Shown here: one piece after another, positions 1 through 10,668 of the stretch
How positions within the stretch are numbered: position 1 is the first letter of the stretch
Layout: every line of letters begins with the position of its first letter
Source: Candidatus Multivoradales bacterium
Lineage (GTDB): Bacteria; Acidobacteriota; Thermoanaerobaculia; Multivoradales; JAHEKO01
Length of the DNA: 64,000 bases
Assembly: GCA_965223855.1 (NCBI GenBank)
Contig: CBDCXM010000009.1
Location: 2,144,001 to 2,208,000 of the forward strand
Direction: 5' to 3'
The notes under the pieces: generated by a model
What the model was told of the DNA's origin: nothing
Database searches by the model: none
The model's input: only the letters and a program-made list of their open reading frames with translations
Translations under genes and position numbers: made by a program

Positions 1-2
1 TG

Positions 3-1139
3 GAAGACGGTGTGCTCGAGCAGGCGTCGATCTCGCGTGCGCGGGCGCTCATCGCCAATGGGCGCGACGACGAGAACGCGGCGGTGATTCTCTCCGCCCG
101 CCAGCTCGACGGGCCGAAGGAGATCATCGCACTGGTGGAGGAACCGGTCTATCGCCAGCCGATGATTCTCGCCGGCGGCACGGCGGCCTACACCCCGCGC
201 CACGTGCTCGGCGCGGCTCTGGCGGCGCAGGCGTCGCGGCGTCTCGGTGTGGCGGTCTCCGGCACCCAGCAGCTCGGGCGCAACCTCCAGGTGCGAGAGG
301 TCAGGGTCGGGGCGGAAAGCTCGCTCGCCGGACGGACCCTGCGCGAAGCCGATATCGGGCGCCGGACCGGTGTCACCATCCTCGGGCAGTGGGTGGGGGG
401 GCGGCTGGTGCCGACCGCTTCCGCCGATGCGGTCATCGAGGCGAACGGCATTCTCGTCGTCGCAGGGGGCACCGAGAACCTGGACCGCTTCGCGGGCAGT
501 TGCTCCTCGGAAGCCGAGGCGAGTTCGGGCCCGATCGTCGTCGCGGGCCTGGGTGAAGTGGGCGAGAAGGTCGTGCAACTCCTCAGGGACGCGGGCGAGC
601 CGGTGTTCACCCTCGACCGCAGGGCGCCGGAGGCCGACCTGGTGGGCGATGTCCTCGACACGGCGCTGCTCGACCAGATCGATCTGGCGGCAGCCAGGGC
701 CGTAGTGCTGGCGCTCGACTCCGACACCGTGACGCTCTTCGCCACCGTGGTGCTGCGCAGTCTCGCTCCGGCGGTGCCGATCATCGCCCGGGTCAACCGC
801 TCGGAGAACGTCGAGCGGATCCACGCCGCTGGAGCCGATTTCGCTCTCTCGATCAGCCGGGTGGCCGGGCAGCTTCTGGCGCGCAGGTTGTTGGGGGAGG
901 AGGCGATCTCGCTCGACGAGGAGCTGAAGGTGCTGAAGGTGGAGGCCGGGTCCCTGGCCGGTCATCATCCGGCCGGGCTCGACGTCCGCGACAGGAGCGG
1001 CTGCTCGGTCGTCGCCGTCGAGCGTGGCGACGAAGTGTGGGTGGAGTTCCCCGAGGACTTCCGCTTCGAGCCGACCGACGCCGTCTTCATCGCCGGTGGA
1101 GCGGAGGCGACCGCGGGCTTCTCAGAGCACTTCGGGTAG
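3..1139 (+). CDS. TrkA-N/TrkA-C (RCK) domain protein, K+ transport regulator; 5'-truncated by window edge
   Basis: Rossmann motif IVVAGLGEVG, GDVLD..L, AGADFALS, two TrkA-C repeats (SSLAGRTLREADI; SLAGHHPAGLDVRDRSGCSVVAVERG); frame open from position 3. Confidence 0.85.
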   Translation, partial: EDGVLEQASISRARALIANGRDDENAAVILSARQLDGPKEIIALVEEPVYRQPMILAGGTAAYTPRHVLGAALAAQASRRLGVAVSGTQQLGRNLQVREVRVGAESSLAGRTLREADIGRRTGVTILGQWVGGRLVPTASADAVIEANGILVVAGGTENLDRFAGSCSSEAEASSGPIVVAGLGEVGEKVVQLLRDAGEPVFTLDRRAPEADLVGDVLDTALLDQIDLAAARAVVLALDSDTVTLFATVVLRSLAPAVPIIARVNRSENVERIHAAGADFALSISRVAGQLLARRLLGEEAISLDEELKVLKVEAGSLAGHHPAGLDVRDRSGCSVVAVERGDEVWVEFPEDFRFEPTDAVFIAGGAEATAGFSEHFG

Positions 1140-1430
1140 GCGGTACCGGCTCGCAGGCCGGCTGCCCCAGCGTGCGAGCTTCAGGTGACGACCACGGCAG
1201 CCTCGGCGGTTCGAGCCGCAGTGCCTTTTGAAAGGAGAGGGGAAGGGGCTTCGGGTGGGGAAGCCTCAGGTCCTGTTTCGCTTCGATCGCCCGTCCTCGA
1301 GATGCGGAGAGGAAGCCGAGCCCCTGCGTACCCGGAAGAGCGGCCCTCTCCGGGCTGCAAGCGTCATGAGAGGCGGGGACGTCTCACAGCGGTCGACGGC
1401 TCGGGTGCCGTCGATCAACTGTTCTGCCCG

Positions 1431-2180
1431 CTATCCCGGTTGCCTCGCGAGCGGCACCAGCGGCGATTCGAGATGCTCTTCGGCGCCGCGCACGGCGAAC
1501 TCGATCGCCTCGTCGAAGTCGTCGGTCAGCAGCATCGGCAGGTACTCGTTCTCGTGGATGGTGCCCTCGCGCACCATGCTCTCGCGGATGAAGTCGAAGA
1601 GCGGCTCCCAGAACTCGGTCCCCATCAGCACCAGCGGGAACGAGCCGATCTTCTTCGTCTGCATCAGCGTCGCGGTCTCGAACACCTCGTCCATCGTGCC
1701 GAAGCCTCCCGGCATCGCGAAGAAGGCGTAGGAGTACTTGATCAGCATCATCTTCCGCACAAGGAAGTAGCGGAACTCCACCCAGCGGTCGAGATAGGGG
1801 TTGTGCTGCTCCTCGTGCGGCAACTCGATGTTGCAGCCGACGGAGGGGCCGCCGACGTCTTTGGCGCCTCGATTCGCCGCTTCCATCACCCCCGGCCCGC
1901 CGCCGGTCATGACGACGAAGCCGGCCCGCGCGAGCTGCCTCCCGGCCTCCCTCGCCAGTTCGTAGTAGCGGTGGTCCTCCTTGAAGCGGGCGGAGCCGAA
2001 CACGGTGGCGCAGGGGCCGATCGTGTGGAAGGTACGGAAGCCCCGCAGGAACTCGCGAAAGATCCGGAACGCCCGACGGCGCTCGCGCAGGAAGGGGTTG
2101 GGCCCTTCGGTCAGGCGGAGGTCGTAGGGATGGCGGGGAGGTGTCCCCCAGCGGTGAGGGGGCTTGGAGGCGTCGCTCAT
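1431..2180 (-). CDS. LOG family nucleotide phosphoribohydrolase (TIGR00730-like)
   Basis: TVFGSAR, TGGGPGVMEAANRGA, RKMML, PGGFGTMDE motifs. Confidence 0.92.
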   Translation of the reverse strand: MSDASKPPHRWGTPPRHPYDLRLTEGPNPFLRERRRAFRIFREFLRGFRTFHTIGPCATVFGSARFKEDHRYYELAREAGRQLARAGFVVMTGGGPGVMEAANRGAKDVGGPSVGCNIELPHEEQHNPYLDRWVEFRYFLVRKMMLIKYSYAFFAMPGGFGTMDEVFETATLMQTKKIGSFPLVLMGTEFWEPLFDFIRESMVREGTIHENEYLPMLLTDDFDEAIEFAVRGAEEHLESPLVPLARQPG

Positions 2181-2201
2181 GGCGTCGGTTCCTCTCTGAA
2201 C

Positions 2202-3557
2202 TCAGTCGAGCTCGACGGACTCACGGTAGTCGGGGACGTAGACGTTGCGCTCCTGGCGCTCCTCGATCTCACGTCTCAGCTCGTCGGCGGGCTCCGGTTC
2301 TCCGTGGACGAGGAAGACCCGGCGCACGCTCTCGGGGGCCGGCGCGAGCCACTCGAGGAGCTCTTCGCGATCGGCGTGGGCCGAGAAGAGATCGACCTGC
2401 TCGACCTCCGCTCGTACTCCGTAGTGCCGGCCGTGGATCTTGATCGAGTCCGCACCGCCCGCCAGCGCCGCCCCGCGAGTTCCGGGCGCCTGGAAGCTCG
2501 GCAGCAGGACGGTGTTGCGAGCGTGACCGACGAATGCCTTCAGGTGATGGAGCACCCGCCCGGCGGTCGCCATGCCGCTCGCCGAGATGATGACTTTCGG
2601 CCGGTTGCTGGCGCTCAGACGCTTCGACTCCTTCGGTGAAGCGACGAACTGTGCGAGGCCCAGCGCCTTCGCCGTCTCTTCCCGATCGAGCTTGTGATCG
2701 CGCTCGTAGCGGCGGTAGACCCTAGTCACGTCGGTCGCCATCGGGCTGTCGACGTACACCGGCATCTGCGGGACGGTGCCTTCGCTGAAGAGCCGGTACA
2801 GGCAGTAGAGCATCGTCTGCGCGCGGCCGACGGCGAAGGACGGGATGAGGAGTGTGCCCCTCTTGCGCAGGGCGCGTTCGACGACCGGCGCGAGCGCCGC
2901 GATCGGATCCTGTCTTCTGCGGACCCGGTCGCCGTACGTCGACTCCATGACGATCCAGTCGGCATCACCGGCGGGAGTCGGCGGATCGTGCAGCAGATCG
3001 CTGTTGCGCCCGAGGTCGCCGGAGAAGAGCACTCTGACGCCGCCGACGGACGCCGTGACGGTTGCGGCGCCGAGGATGTGCCCGGCCCGGCGATAGGTGA
3101 GTTCGAGCCCGCCCGCCTCGAACGGTGTGTCGAACTCGCGGGTCTCCAGAAGCGCAATGGCGTTGCGGGCATCCGCCTCGGTGTAGAGCGGTTTCGCCGG
3201 CTTGTGGCGCGAGTGGCCTCGCTTGTTGGCGAACTTCGCGTCCTCCTCCTGAATGCGTCCGCTGTCGGCGAGCAGGATCTCGGCCAGCGCGGCAGTCGCC
3301 GGCGTGCAGAGAATCGGCCCCTGGTACCCATCGCGTACCAGCACCGGGAGGTAGCCCGTGTGGTCGAGGTGGGCGTGGGTGAGGACGATGGCGTCGAGCG
3401 AGGCGGGATCGAACGGCAGCGGCTGCCAGTTGCGCTCGCGGATCTTCTTGATCCCCTGAAAGAGGCCGCAGTCGAAGAGCACCCGCCTCCCGCCCTTCTC
3501 CAGCAGGAACTTCGATCCGGTGACGCACCCGGCGGCGCCGAAGAAGCTGAGTTTCAT
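2202..3557 (-). CDS. MBL-fold/beta-CASP metallo-hydrolase (RNA-processing type)
   Basis: Start reassigned to MKLSFFGAAGCVTGS; THAHLDH, AGHILG, FSGDLG, MESTYGDR, SAHAD, VHGE motifs. Confidence 0.92.
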   Translation of the reverse strand: MKLSFFGAAGCVTGSKFLLEKGGRRVLFDCGLFQGIKKIRERNWQPLPFDPASLDAIVLTHAHLDHTGYLPVLVRDGYQGPILCTPATAALAEILLADSGRIQEEDAKFANKRGHSRHKPAKPLYTEADARNAIALLETREFDTPFEAGGLELTYRRAGHILGAATVTASVGGVRVLFSGDLGRNSDLLHDPPTPAGDADWIVMESTYGDRVRRRQDPIAALAPVVERALRKRGTLLIPSFAVGRAQTMLYCLYRLFSEGTVPQMPVYVDSPMATDVTRVYRRYERDHKLDREETAKALGLAQFVASPKESKRLSASNRPKVIISASGMATAGRVLHHLKAFVGHARNTVLLPSFQAPGTRGAALAGGADSIKIHGRHYGVRAEVEQVDLFSAHADREELLEWLAPAPESVRRVFLVHGEPEPADELRREIEERQERNVYVPDYRESVELD

Positions 3558-3564
3558 TCCGATC

Positions 3565-4593
3565 TCAGACCGTGCGCCCGGCGAGGAAGCCGGCGAAGTC
3601 CTTGAGGCGGGCGGAGTAGCCCCATTCGTTGTCGTACCACGAGAGCACCTTGGCGACCCGGGAGTCGAGCACCCGGGTGCTCTCGGCATCGACGATCGAC
3701 GAGTGAGGGTCGCCCAGGATGTCGCGGGACACGAGCGCTTCGTCCGTGACGCGGAGGATGCCGCGCAAGTCCTCGCTCTCGGCTGCCGCAGCAAGCGCCG
3801 CATTGATCGCCTCGGGCGAGGTGTCGCTCTCGAGCGTCGCGACGATGTCGGTCACCGAGCCGTCCGGCACCGGCACCCTCATCGCCATGCCGTCCATTTT
3901 GCCCGCCAGCTGCGGCAGCACCTTCTCGGTCGCGACCGTCGCCCCGGTGGTGGTCGGGATGATCGACACCGCGGCGGCGCGGCCGCGACGGCGCTTGCGC
4001 ACCGGAGCGTCCATCAGCGACTGGCTGGCGGTGTAGGCGTGGACCGTGGTGATCATCAGGTGGCGGATGCCGAACTCGCGATCGAGCACCATCGCCACCG
4101 GCGCCAGGCAGTTGGTGGTACACGATGCCATCGACACGACGTGCTGGCTCGCCGGATCGTAGTCGTCGTGGTTGACGCCGAGCACGAACATGCCGTCGGC
4201 GTCGCTAGACGGAGCGGAGATGACGACCTTTCTCGCGCCGGCCTCGAGGTGCCCCGCCGCCTTGTCGCGCGCCCGGAAGGCGCCGGTCGATTCGATGACG
4301 ATGTCGGCGCCGAGCTCGCCCCACGCGAGGCGGGTCGGATCCGGTTCGGCGCTGACGGCGATCGTCGCGTCACCCACGTGGAGCGTGTCGTCGCCGTCGC
4401 GCGACACCTTCTCCGGGTACCAGCCGTGGACGGAGTCGTACTTGAGCAGGTAGGCGAGGTCGCCCAGGTCGGCCAGATCGTTGATGCCGACGACCTCGAA
4501 ACGCTCATCGGCCACGAGCTGCTTGAAGGTACAGCGGCCGATACGGCCGAAGCCGTTGATGCCGACGCGGATGGGAGCGGGTACGGACGTCAT
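3565..4593 (-). CDS. gap: Class I glyceraldehyde-3-phosphate dehydrogenase
   Basis: GINGFGRIGR, ASCTTNCLAP, WYDNEWGYS. Confidence 0.96.
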   Translation of the reverse strand: MTSVPAPIRVGINGFGRIGRCTFKQLVADERFEVVGINDLADLGDLAYLLKYDSVHGWYPEKVSRDGDDTLHVGDATIAVSAEPDPTRLAWGELGADIVIESTGAFRARDKAAGHLEAGARKVVISAPSSDADGMFVLGVNHDDYDPASQHVVSMASCTTNCLAPVAMVLDREFGIRHLMITTVHAYTASQSLMDAPVRKRRRGRAAAVSIIPTTTGATVATEKVLPQLAGKMDGMAMRVPVPDGSVTDIVATLESDTSPEAINAALAAAAESEDLRGILRVTDEALVSRDILGDPHSSIVDAESTRVLDSRVAKVLSWYDNEWGYSARLKDFAGFLAGRTV

Positions 4594-4629
4594 GTCGAAG
4601 TCTCCAGCGGATGGGCCGGCGGGCGGCGG

Positions 4630-5616
4630 TCAGGTGGCGTCGATGAGGACGTTGGGCTGCTGGTCGCGCAGTTGATCGTACAGGCGGCGGGCGTCCTCCC
4701 CGCGGCACAGCTCGCTGCCGGGCGTCATGACGGCCGCCGAGCCCGCGGCGACGCCGTGTCTCACCGCGTCTTCGAGGTCGCTTCCCCGCGCCAGGGCGAA
4801 GGCGATGCCTGCGACCATGCTGTCTCCCGCTCCCACCCGGCTGGCGATCGGCACGACCGGGGAGGCGAATCGCAGCGCCCGGCGTCCAGCCGCCAGCAGG
4901 GCGCCGCCGATTCCCACCGAGATGACGATCGCCTCGGTGCCGGTGCGTTCGAGCAACGCCAGCGCGGCCTCGGCGAGCGAGAGGTCGATGTGGTCGGTCT
5001 TGCCGCCGACGAGCGCCAGGAACTCCCGCAGATTCGGCTTCACCAGGAAGGGGCGCGCTTCGACTGCGGCACCGAGAGCCTGCTGTGAGGTGTCGACGAC
5101 CACCCGGGCTCCGCGCTCGCGGCCCGCGGCCACGAACCTGGCGACCGCGGGCGGTTCGACGCCGGCCGGCAGGCTGCCGCTGAGAACGAGCACCATCTTT
5201 TCCCCGGGCCCGTCGCCGGAGCCTTCGTCTAGCGCCTCGCAGGCGGCGTCGAGGCAGGCCTCGACATCACGCGCCTCGAGTGCCGGGCCTGGGAGGACGA
5301 AGCGGAACTGGCGATCCGAAGTGGTCTCGTCGACCGTCAGGCTCTCGCGGGTGGAACCGTCGATCGGCAGGCGCCGGTGGGGGACCCCCTCCTCCCCGAG
5401 GCGCTGGGCGATGCGGTCGGCGCTGGCACCGCCGCCGGGAAACACGGCGAGCGCCTCGCCGCCGAGCTTGCGGACAGCTCGTGCGACGTTGATTCCGCCG
5501 CCGCCCGCTTCGAACCGCAGCCCGGAGAGTCGCAACTTGTCGTCCGGCACCACCGCCGGCACCGAACCGGAGACGTCGAGCGCGGGATTGAGAGTGACGG
5601 TGACGATCGGCGGCAC
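4630..5616 (-). CDS. pfkB: 1-phosphofructokinase family (PfkB) hexose kinase
   Basis: TVTLNPALD, GGGGINVAR, LSGSLP, KPNLRE, VGAGDSMVAG. Confidence 0.9.
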   Translation of the reverse strand: MPPIVTVTLNPALDVSGSVPAVVPDDKLRLSGLRFEAGGGGINVARAVRKLGGEALAVFPGGGASADRIAQRLGEEGVPHRRLPIDGSTRESLTVDETTSDRQFRFVLPGPALEARDVEACLDAACEALDEGSGDGPGEKMVLVLSGSLPAGVEPPAVARFVAAGRERGARVVVDTSQQALGAAVEARPFLVKPNLREFLALVGGKTDHIDLSLAEAALALLERTGTEAIVISVGIGGALLAAGRRALRFASPVVPIASRVGAGDSMVAGIAFALARGSDLEDAVRHGVAAGSAAVMTPGSELCRGEDARRLYDQLRDQQPNVLIDAT

Positions 5617-5793
5617 CGTGAGAGCGTAGCACCCACCGGTCGGCTGCCTGCGGTGATGTCAAAGCGACGCTTCGCCGGTCAAAACTACGCCCGACCGCGC
5701 TCGCCGGACGAGTCCGGTAGCCGTCACGCGCGCCCCGAGGGCAGGCCTGCGGACGGCACACCTTTTGCTACTTTCGACGCGGAGGAGGTCAGG

Positions 5794-6768
5794 ATGATCG
5801 AAGTCTCGAATCTCGTTCGCAGGTACGGCGACTTCACCGCGGTCGACGGCGTTTCGTTCGACGTCGGAGACGGTGAAATCGTGGGCATGCTGGGGCCGAA
5901 CGGCGCCGGCAAGACGACCGCCATCAGGGTCGTCACCGGGTTCCTGCCGCCCACGTCGGGCAGGGTACGCATCGTCGGCCACGATCTGTTCGAGGATCCG
6001 GTGTCGGTTCGGCGCAAGATCGGCTATCTGCCGGAGAACGTGGCGCTCTATCCCGAGATGCGGGTCACCGAGTATCTGGCCTACCGGGCTCAGCTCGAGG
6101 GAATGCCCAAGGGGGAGGCGCGAGGCGCGATCGATCAGGCGCTGGCCGACTGCCTCCTCGAGCCGGTCGCCCGCAAGGTGATCGGCACGCTTTCGAAAGG
6201 CTACAAGCAGCGGGTCGGTCTGGCGGCAGCGATCCTCCATCAACCGGAGGTGCTGGTGCTCGACGAGCCGACCGTCGGGCTCGACCCGAAGCAGATCATC
6301 GCCATCCGCGAGCTGATCCGGAAGCTGGGCAAGCAGCGTACCCTGCTGCTGTCGACCCACATCCTGCCGGAGGTCGAGCTCCTGTGCGATCGGGTGGTGA
6401 TCATCGATCGCGGGCGGGTGATCGCCGAAGGCACCCCCGAGACACTGCGCCAGAGCTGGCAGGGGGAGGCGAAGGTGACGGTGGAACTGGTCGACACGGA
6501 CGACGCCCGTGAGGCGCTCGAAGGCGTCGCCGGCGTGGAGACCGCGGAGTCGGTCGGCGGCGGACGCTACGAGCTGCGTTGCCGGCCGGGGACCGATCCG
6601 CGCGAGGAGATCTTCCGGCTCGCAGTCGAGCGAGGCTGGACGCTGGTCGGCCTCGCCCTCGAATCGGCATCGCTCGAGGACATCTTCGTCCGGCTGACGA
6701 CCGCCGACGCGTCTGCGGAGGCGACACCCGAGCCCGCGGAGGAAGCGCTGGAGGAGGCACAGTCATGA
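5794..6768 (+). CDS. ABC transporter ATP-binding protein (GldA-like)
   Basis: ATG 5794 after GGAGG; [31 protein letters not shown]. Confidence 0.92.
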   Translation: MIEVSNLVRRYGDFTAVDGVSFDVGDGEIVGMLGPNGAGKTTAIRVVTGFLPPTSGRVRIVGHDLFEDPVSVRRKIGYLPENVALYPEMRVTEYLAYRAQLEGMPKGEARGAIDQALADCLLEPVARKVIGTLSKGYKQRVGLAAAILHQPEVLVLDEPTVGLDPKQIIAIRELIRKLGKQRTLLLSTHILPEVELLCDRVVIIDRGRVIAEGTPETLRQSWQGEAKVTVELVDTDDAREALEGVAGVETAESVGGGRYELRCRPGTDPREEIFRLAVERGWTLVGLALESASLEDIFVRLTTADASAEATPEPAEEALEEAQS

Positions 6769-7505
6769 ACGGGATTCTCGCCACGCTGTCGCGCGAGCTG
6801 AGGGCGTACTTCTTCTCGCCGCTCGCCTACGTCGTAGCCGCTCTCGTCCTCGTCGTCAACGGGCTGACCTTCGGCGTCATCGTCAGCTTCCTCAACGACC
6901 CGCGGTCGGGGATCGGCGCGCCGCTCGAGTTCTTCTTCGGTCAGACGATCTACTTCTGGCTCGTCCTTCTGTTCGTGACGCCGGTGCTGACGATGCGTCT
7001 CATCAGTGAAGAGCGGCGCTCGGGCACCATCGAGACCCTGATGACGGCACCGGTGAGCGAAGCGCAGGTGGTGGTCGGCAAGTTCCTCGCCTCGCTCGCC
7101 TTCTACGCCTTTCTCTGGCTGCCGACCCTGGTCTACGCCTTCATCCTCACGCGCTACCACGAGGTCGACTGGGGGCCCGTGGCATCCGGCTATCTCGGCA
7201 TCCTCGGCGTCGGAGCGCTCTTTCTGTCGGTCGGCATGCTCGCGACCGCGCTGTCGCGCAGTCAGCTCGTGGCCGCCATTCTCACCTTCGCGATGCTGAT
7301 CCCGGTGTTCACGTTCGGGCTTCTCAAGTCGCTGGTCGGCAGCGAGCGCCTGCAGACGGTGTTCGGCTACCTCGATCTGTGGGAGCACATGAGCGAGTTC
7401 TCTCGCGGGATCGTCGATACCCGCCATCTCGTCTACTACGTCTCGGCGACCGCCTTTTTTCTGTTCCTCTCGACCCGCGCCCTGGCGGTCAGGAAGTGGA
7501 GGTAG
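6765..7505 (+). CDS. ABC-2 type permease (GldF-like)
   Basis: ATGA overlap with previous gene; RELRAYFFSPLAY, TMRLISEERRSGTIETLMTAP; about 6 TM segments. Confidence 0.9.
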   Translation: MNGILATLSRELRAYFFSPLAYVVAALVLVVNGLTFGVIVSFLNDPRSGIGAPLEFFFGQTIYFWLVLLFVTPVLTMRLISEERRSGTIETLMTAPVSEAQVVVGKFLASLAFYAFLWLPTLVYAFILTRYHEVDWGPVASGYLGILGVGALFLSVGMLATALSRSQLVAAILTFAMLIPVFTFGLLKSLVGSERLQTVFGYLDLWEHMSEFSRGIVDTRHLVYYVSATAFFLFLSTRALAVRKWR

Positions 7506-7509
7506 CGCG

Positions 7510-9054
7510 ATGACCGACCACAATCGATCCCGGGCGGTGAAGGAGGCCTCGACTCTGGGTGTCGGCGTCCTCCTCGTCGCGGCCCTGTTGATCCTCGTCA
7601 ACTACTTCGGCTGGAAGTACCACAAGCGGATGGACTGGACGGCGAGCGAGATCTACAGCCTGTCCGAGAAGACGGGCAACGTGCTCGGGCAGCTCGACCG
7701 GGACGTCGTCGCCGTGATGTACATGGAGCCGACCGACGAGCTCTACCAGCCGGTGCGCGAGCTGCTGGCGCGCTACGAGGCGGCCTCACCGCGCTTCTCG
7801 GTGCGTGAGGTCGACCCTGCTCGCAATCTCGCCGAGGCGGAAGAGCTGGTGGCGCGCTACCAGATCGACGCCCTCAACGTCGTCGTCTTCGACGCCGACG
7901 GCGAGCGCCAGATCGTCGAGGCCAACGACCTTGCCGAGTACGACTATTCGGGGATGCAGTTCGGCCAGGCGCCGCAGATGACCGGCTTCTCGGGCGAGCA
8001 GAAGTTCACCAGCGCGCTGCTGAGCCTGACCCAGGCGGAGCGGCCGAAGGTCGTCTTCACGACCGGGCACGGCGAGCTCTCGCTCACAGACTTCTCACCT
8101 GCCGGGCTCTCGGGCGCTCAGGAACTGCTCGAGCGCGACAACTTCGACGTCGAATCGTGGGCGAGCCTCGGTGCAGAGGCGGTGCCGGACGGTGTCGCCC
8201 TGGTGGTCGTCGCCGGACCGACCGGCAACTTCCTGCCGCCCGAGATCGACCTGCTCGAGAGCTTCGTGCAGCAAGGGGGGCGGGTCCTCGTGATGCTCGA
8301 CCCGACTCTCAGCCCGACAGGGGGGCTCGTCGAGACCGGCCTCGAGGCGTGGCTCGCCGGCTACGGCATCGAGGTCGGGGCCGACATCGTCGTAGATCCC
8401 GCCAACCCGATGCCGTTCTTCGGTCCCGACACCATCTACGTCAACAGCTACGGCAGTCATCCGATCACCCGCTCGCTGTCGCAGGCGCAGCTGCCGGCGA
8501 TCCTCTCGCTGACCCGCTCGGTGGGAGTCGGAGACGACGAGATCGAAGGCTACGAGCTCACGACGCTGGTTGAGACCAGCGGAGAGGGTTGGGGCGAGAC
8601 CGACCTGGCCAACCTGACGGCCGTCGAGCAGGGTGAAGACGACGTCGCCGGGCCGGTGTCGCTCGGAGTCGCCGTCGAGGCTGCTGCCCCTACCGGGGAC
8701 ACCGGGGAGACCGGGGCCGCCGAAGAGGGGCGGGCCGAGGAAGAGCCAGGCGTCGAAGAGGAGGCGGCAGACGAGTCTCCGGGTGACCGACTCCGTCTCG
8801 CAGCCTTCGGCGACGCCACGTTCGCCACCAACGCGCAGTTGCAGAACGTCGGGAATCTGACGCTCTTCGCCAACACCCTCAACTGGCTCGCCGAGCGCGA
8901 GGCCCTGGTGGCGATCCCGCCGAAGACTCCGGAGAGCGTGCGGTTGAACATGACGGCGGCACAGATTCGCGGCGTCTTCTGGTTCGTCGTCCTCGGCCTG
9001 CCGTTGCTGGTCGTCGCCGCCGGTATCTGGGTCCACCAGCGTCGCAAGCGGTGA
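7510..9054 (+). CDS. GldG-family ABC auxiliary component
   Basis: N- and C-terminal TM helices, DWT...YSLS, FTTGHGE, GGRVLVMLDP, N..LFANTLNWL. Confidence 0.88.
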   Translation: MTDHNRSRAVKEASTLGVGVLLVAALLILVNYFGWKYHKRMDWTASEIYSLSEKTGNVLGQLDRDVVAVMYMEPTDELYQPVRELLARYEAASPRFSVREVDPARNLAEAEELVARYQIDALNVVVFDADGERQIVEANDLAEYDYSGMQFGQAPQMTGFSGEQKFTSALLSLTQAERPKVVFTTGHGELSLTDFSPAGLSGAQELLERDNFDVESWASLGAEAVPDGVALVVVAGPTGNFLPPEIDLLESFVQQGGRVLVMLDPTLSPTGGLVETGLEAWLAGYGIEVGADIVVDPANPMPFFGPDTIYVNSYGSHPITRSLSQAQLPAILSLTRSVGVGDDEIEGYELTTLVETSGEGWGETDLANLTAVEQGEDDVAGPVSLGVAVEAAAPTGDTGETGAAEEGRAEEEPGVEEEAADESPGDRLRLAAFGDATFATNAQLQNVGNLTLFANTLNWLAEREALVAIPPKTPESVRLNMTAAQIRGVFWFVVLGLPLLVVAAGIWVHQRRKR

Positions 9055-9064
9055 GGGCGAAGCG

Positions 9065-10492
9065 ATGAAGGGCAGAACTCTGGCGGTGCTCGCCGCGATC
9101 GTGGCGCTGCTGGCCGCGTTCGTATGGTTCGTCGAACGCGACCTTCCCGGCAGCGACGAGCGAGCCGAGCTGGCGAAGAGGGTGCTCGACTTCGACGGCG
9201 ACGAGGTCGATGCGGTGGAGTGGAGTGCCGACGGCGAATCGCTCCGTCTCGAACGCGGGGACGCGGGCTGGCGGCTCACGGCACCGCTCGACACGCGGGC
9301 CGACACCGGCCTCGCAGACGGCTGGGTCGAGCAGTTGACGACCCTCGAGAAGCAGCGCACCCTGGAGGGGACCTCCGCCGCCGCCGTCGGTCTCGCGCCT
9401 CCCGCGGCGACGGTTTCGATCGAGGTCGACGGCGAGGATCGTTTGCTGCTCGTCGGCGGGCGGCTTCCGGCTTCCGACCTGCGGGTGGTCGCCGCCTCCG
9501 AGGCTGGACCGTTCTGGGTGGTGGAGGACACTCTCGACGAGTCGATGATGCGTGCGGTCGACGACTGGCGCAGCCGCGACCTGTGGCCGGGAAGCGCCGC
9601 GGAGGTCGAGCGGCTCACCCTGACGACGGCGGACAGCGAGCTCGAGCTTGCACGTCGTGAGGGGGACTTCTGGCTCGAGGCGCCGATCGAGGACCGGGCG
9701 GATCCGGGGACCGTGCGACGGCTGCTCGACCGATTGGCGGGAGCGCAGGTGGAGCGCTTCGTCGCCGCTTCCGAGTCGCAGGTCGCCGCGCTCGAGAGCC
9801 CCGAAGCGGTAGTGACGATCGAGCAGAAATCGGGAGAGATCTGGACCCTCGAGATCGGGCCGTCGGTGTCCGAACCTCCGGTCGGCGATCCCGAAGCCTC
9901 AAATCCCGAAACCTCCGATGCCGAGGTGATGCCTGCCGACGGCGACGCCGGGGTGGCCCCAAGCTCCGTGCGGCTGGCTCGTGCCGAGAACTCCGTGCTC
10001 ACCGTCGACGATCCTCTGGCCGAGGCGTGGACTCTCGCCGTCGACGAGTGGCGATCCCTGGAGCTGGCGACGCTCGAAGTGTTCGAGATCGACCGGGTGA
10101 CGGCGATCGACGAAGCGGGCACCGTGATTCTCGATCGGGTCGACGGGCAGTGGTCGCGGGACGGCGAGGCGATCGCGGCGACCACCGTGAGCGATCTGCT
10201 CTACGCGCTCACTGGAGCGAAAGCGGTGGCGGTCGACGCTCCCGACTCGTCGGTCGATCCTCTGCTGACGCTCACCCTCGGAGGCAGTGCCGGAGACGAG
10301 CGGCTCGAGATCCTGCCGGCGATCGACGATCGCCATCCGGCTCGGACGAGCGGTCGAACGGCCCTGGTCTGGGTCGAAGGTGCGGTCTACCGCGACCTGC
10401 GCTCGAAGCTGCTGGAGGTCCGCGCCGCGCCGGTCGAAGGGGCCGCGGTGGAGCCTCAGGCCGACGCTCCGACGGCTCCTGAGGGCGGCTAG
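9065..10492 (+). CDS. DUF4340-type repeat membrane-anchored protein
   Basis: N-terminal anchor; repeated L.R....W.L.AP...RAD and DWRS units; usual fourth gene of GldAFG-like operons. Confidence 0.75.
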   Translation: MKGRTLAVLAAIVALLAAFVWFVERDLPGSDERAELAKRVLDFDGDEVDAVEWSADGESLRLERGDAGWRLTAPLDTRADTGLADGWVEQLTTLEKQRTLEGTSAAAVGLAPPAATVSIEVDGEDRLLLVGGRLPASDLRVVAASEAGPFWVVEDTLDESMMRAVDDWRSRDLWPGSAAEVERLTLTTADSELELARREGDFWLEAPIEDRADPGTVRRLLDRLAGAQVERFVAASESQVAALESPEAVVTIEQKSGEIWTLEIGPSVSEPPVGDPEASNPETSDAEVMPADGDAGVAPSSVRLARAENSVLTVDDPLAEAWTLAVDEWRSLELATLEVFEIDRVTAIDEAGTVILDRVDGQWSRDGEAIAATTVSDLLYALTGAKAVAVDAPDSSVDPLLTLTLGGSAGDERLEILPAIDDRHPARTSGRTALVWVEGAVYRDLRSKLLEVRAAPVEGAAVEPQADAPTAPEGG

Positions 10493-10497
10493 CGAGC

Positions 10498-10563
10498 GGC
10501 CCGACCGGCGGCTTCGGCGAGCGGCTTTCGGCGCCGCGGCACCTCTTCCGGTCGGGCCTCTTT
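10498..10563 (+). terminator. Possible intrinsic terminator / long hairpin after the ABC operon
   Basis: GGCCCGACCGG ... CCGGTCGGGCC inverted repeat followed by TCTTT. Confidence 0.45.
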
Positions 10564-10668
10564 CGACGGTTCGAAATCGCTGAGTAATCAGTCACTTCCG
10601 GCCTGCCGGCGCCGGGTTGCGGGCAGGCTAACTGTGCATGGACAAAGGGGGATTCTCGACGGCCTCTC

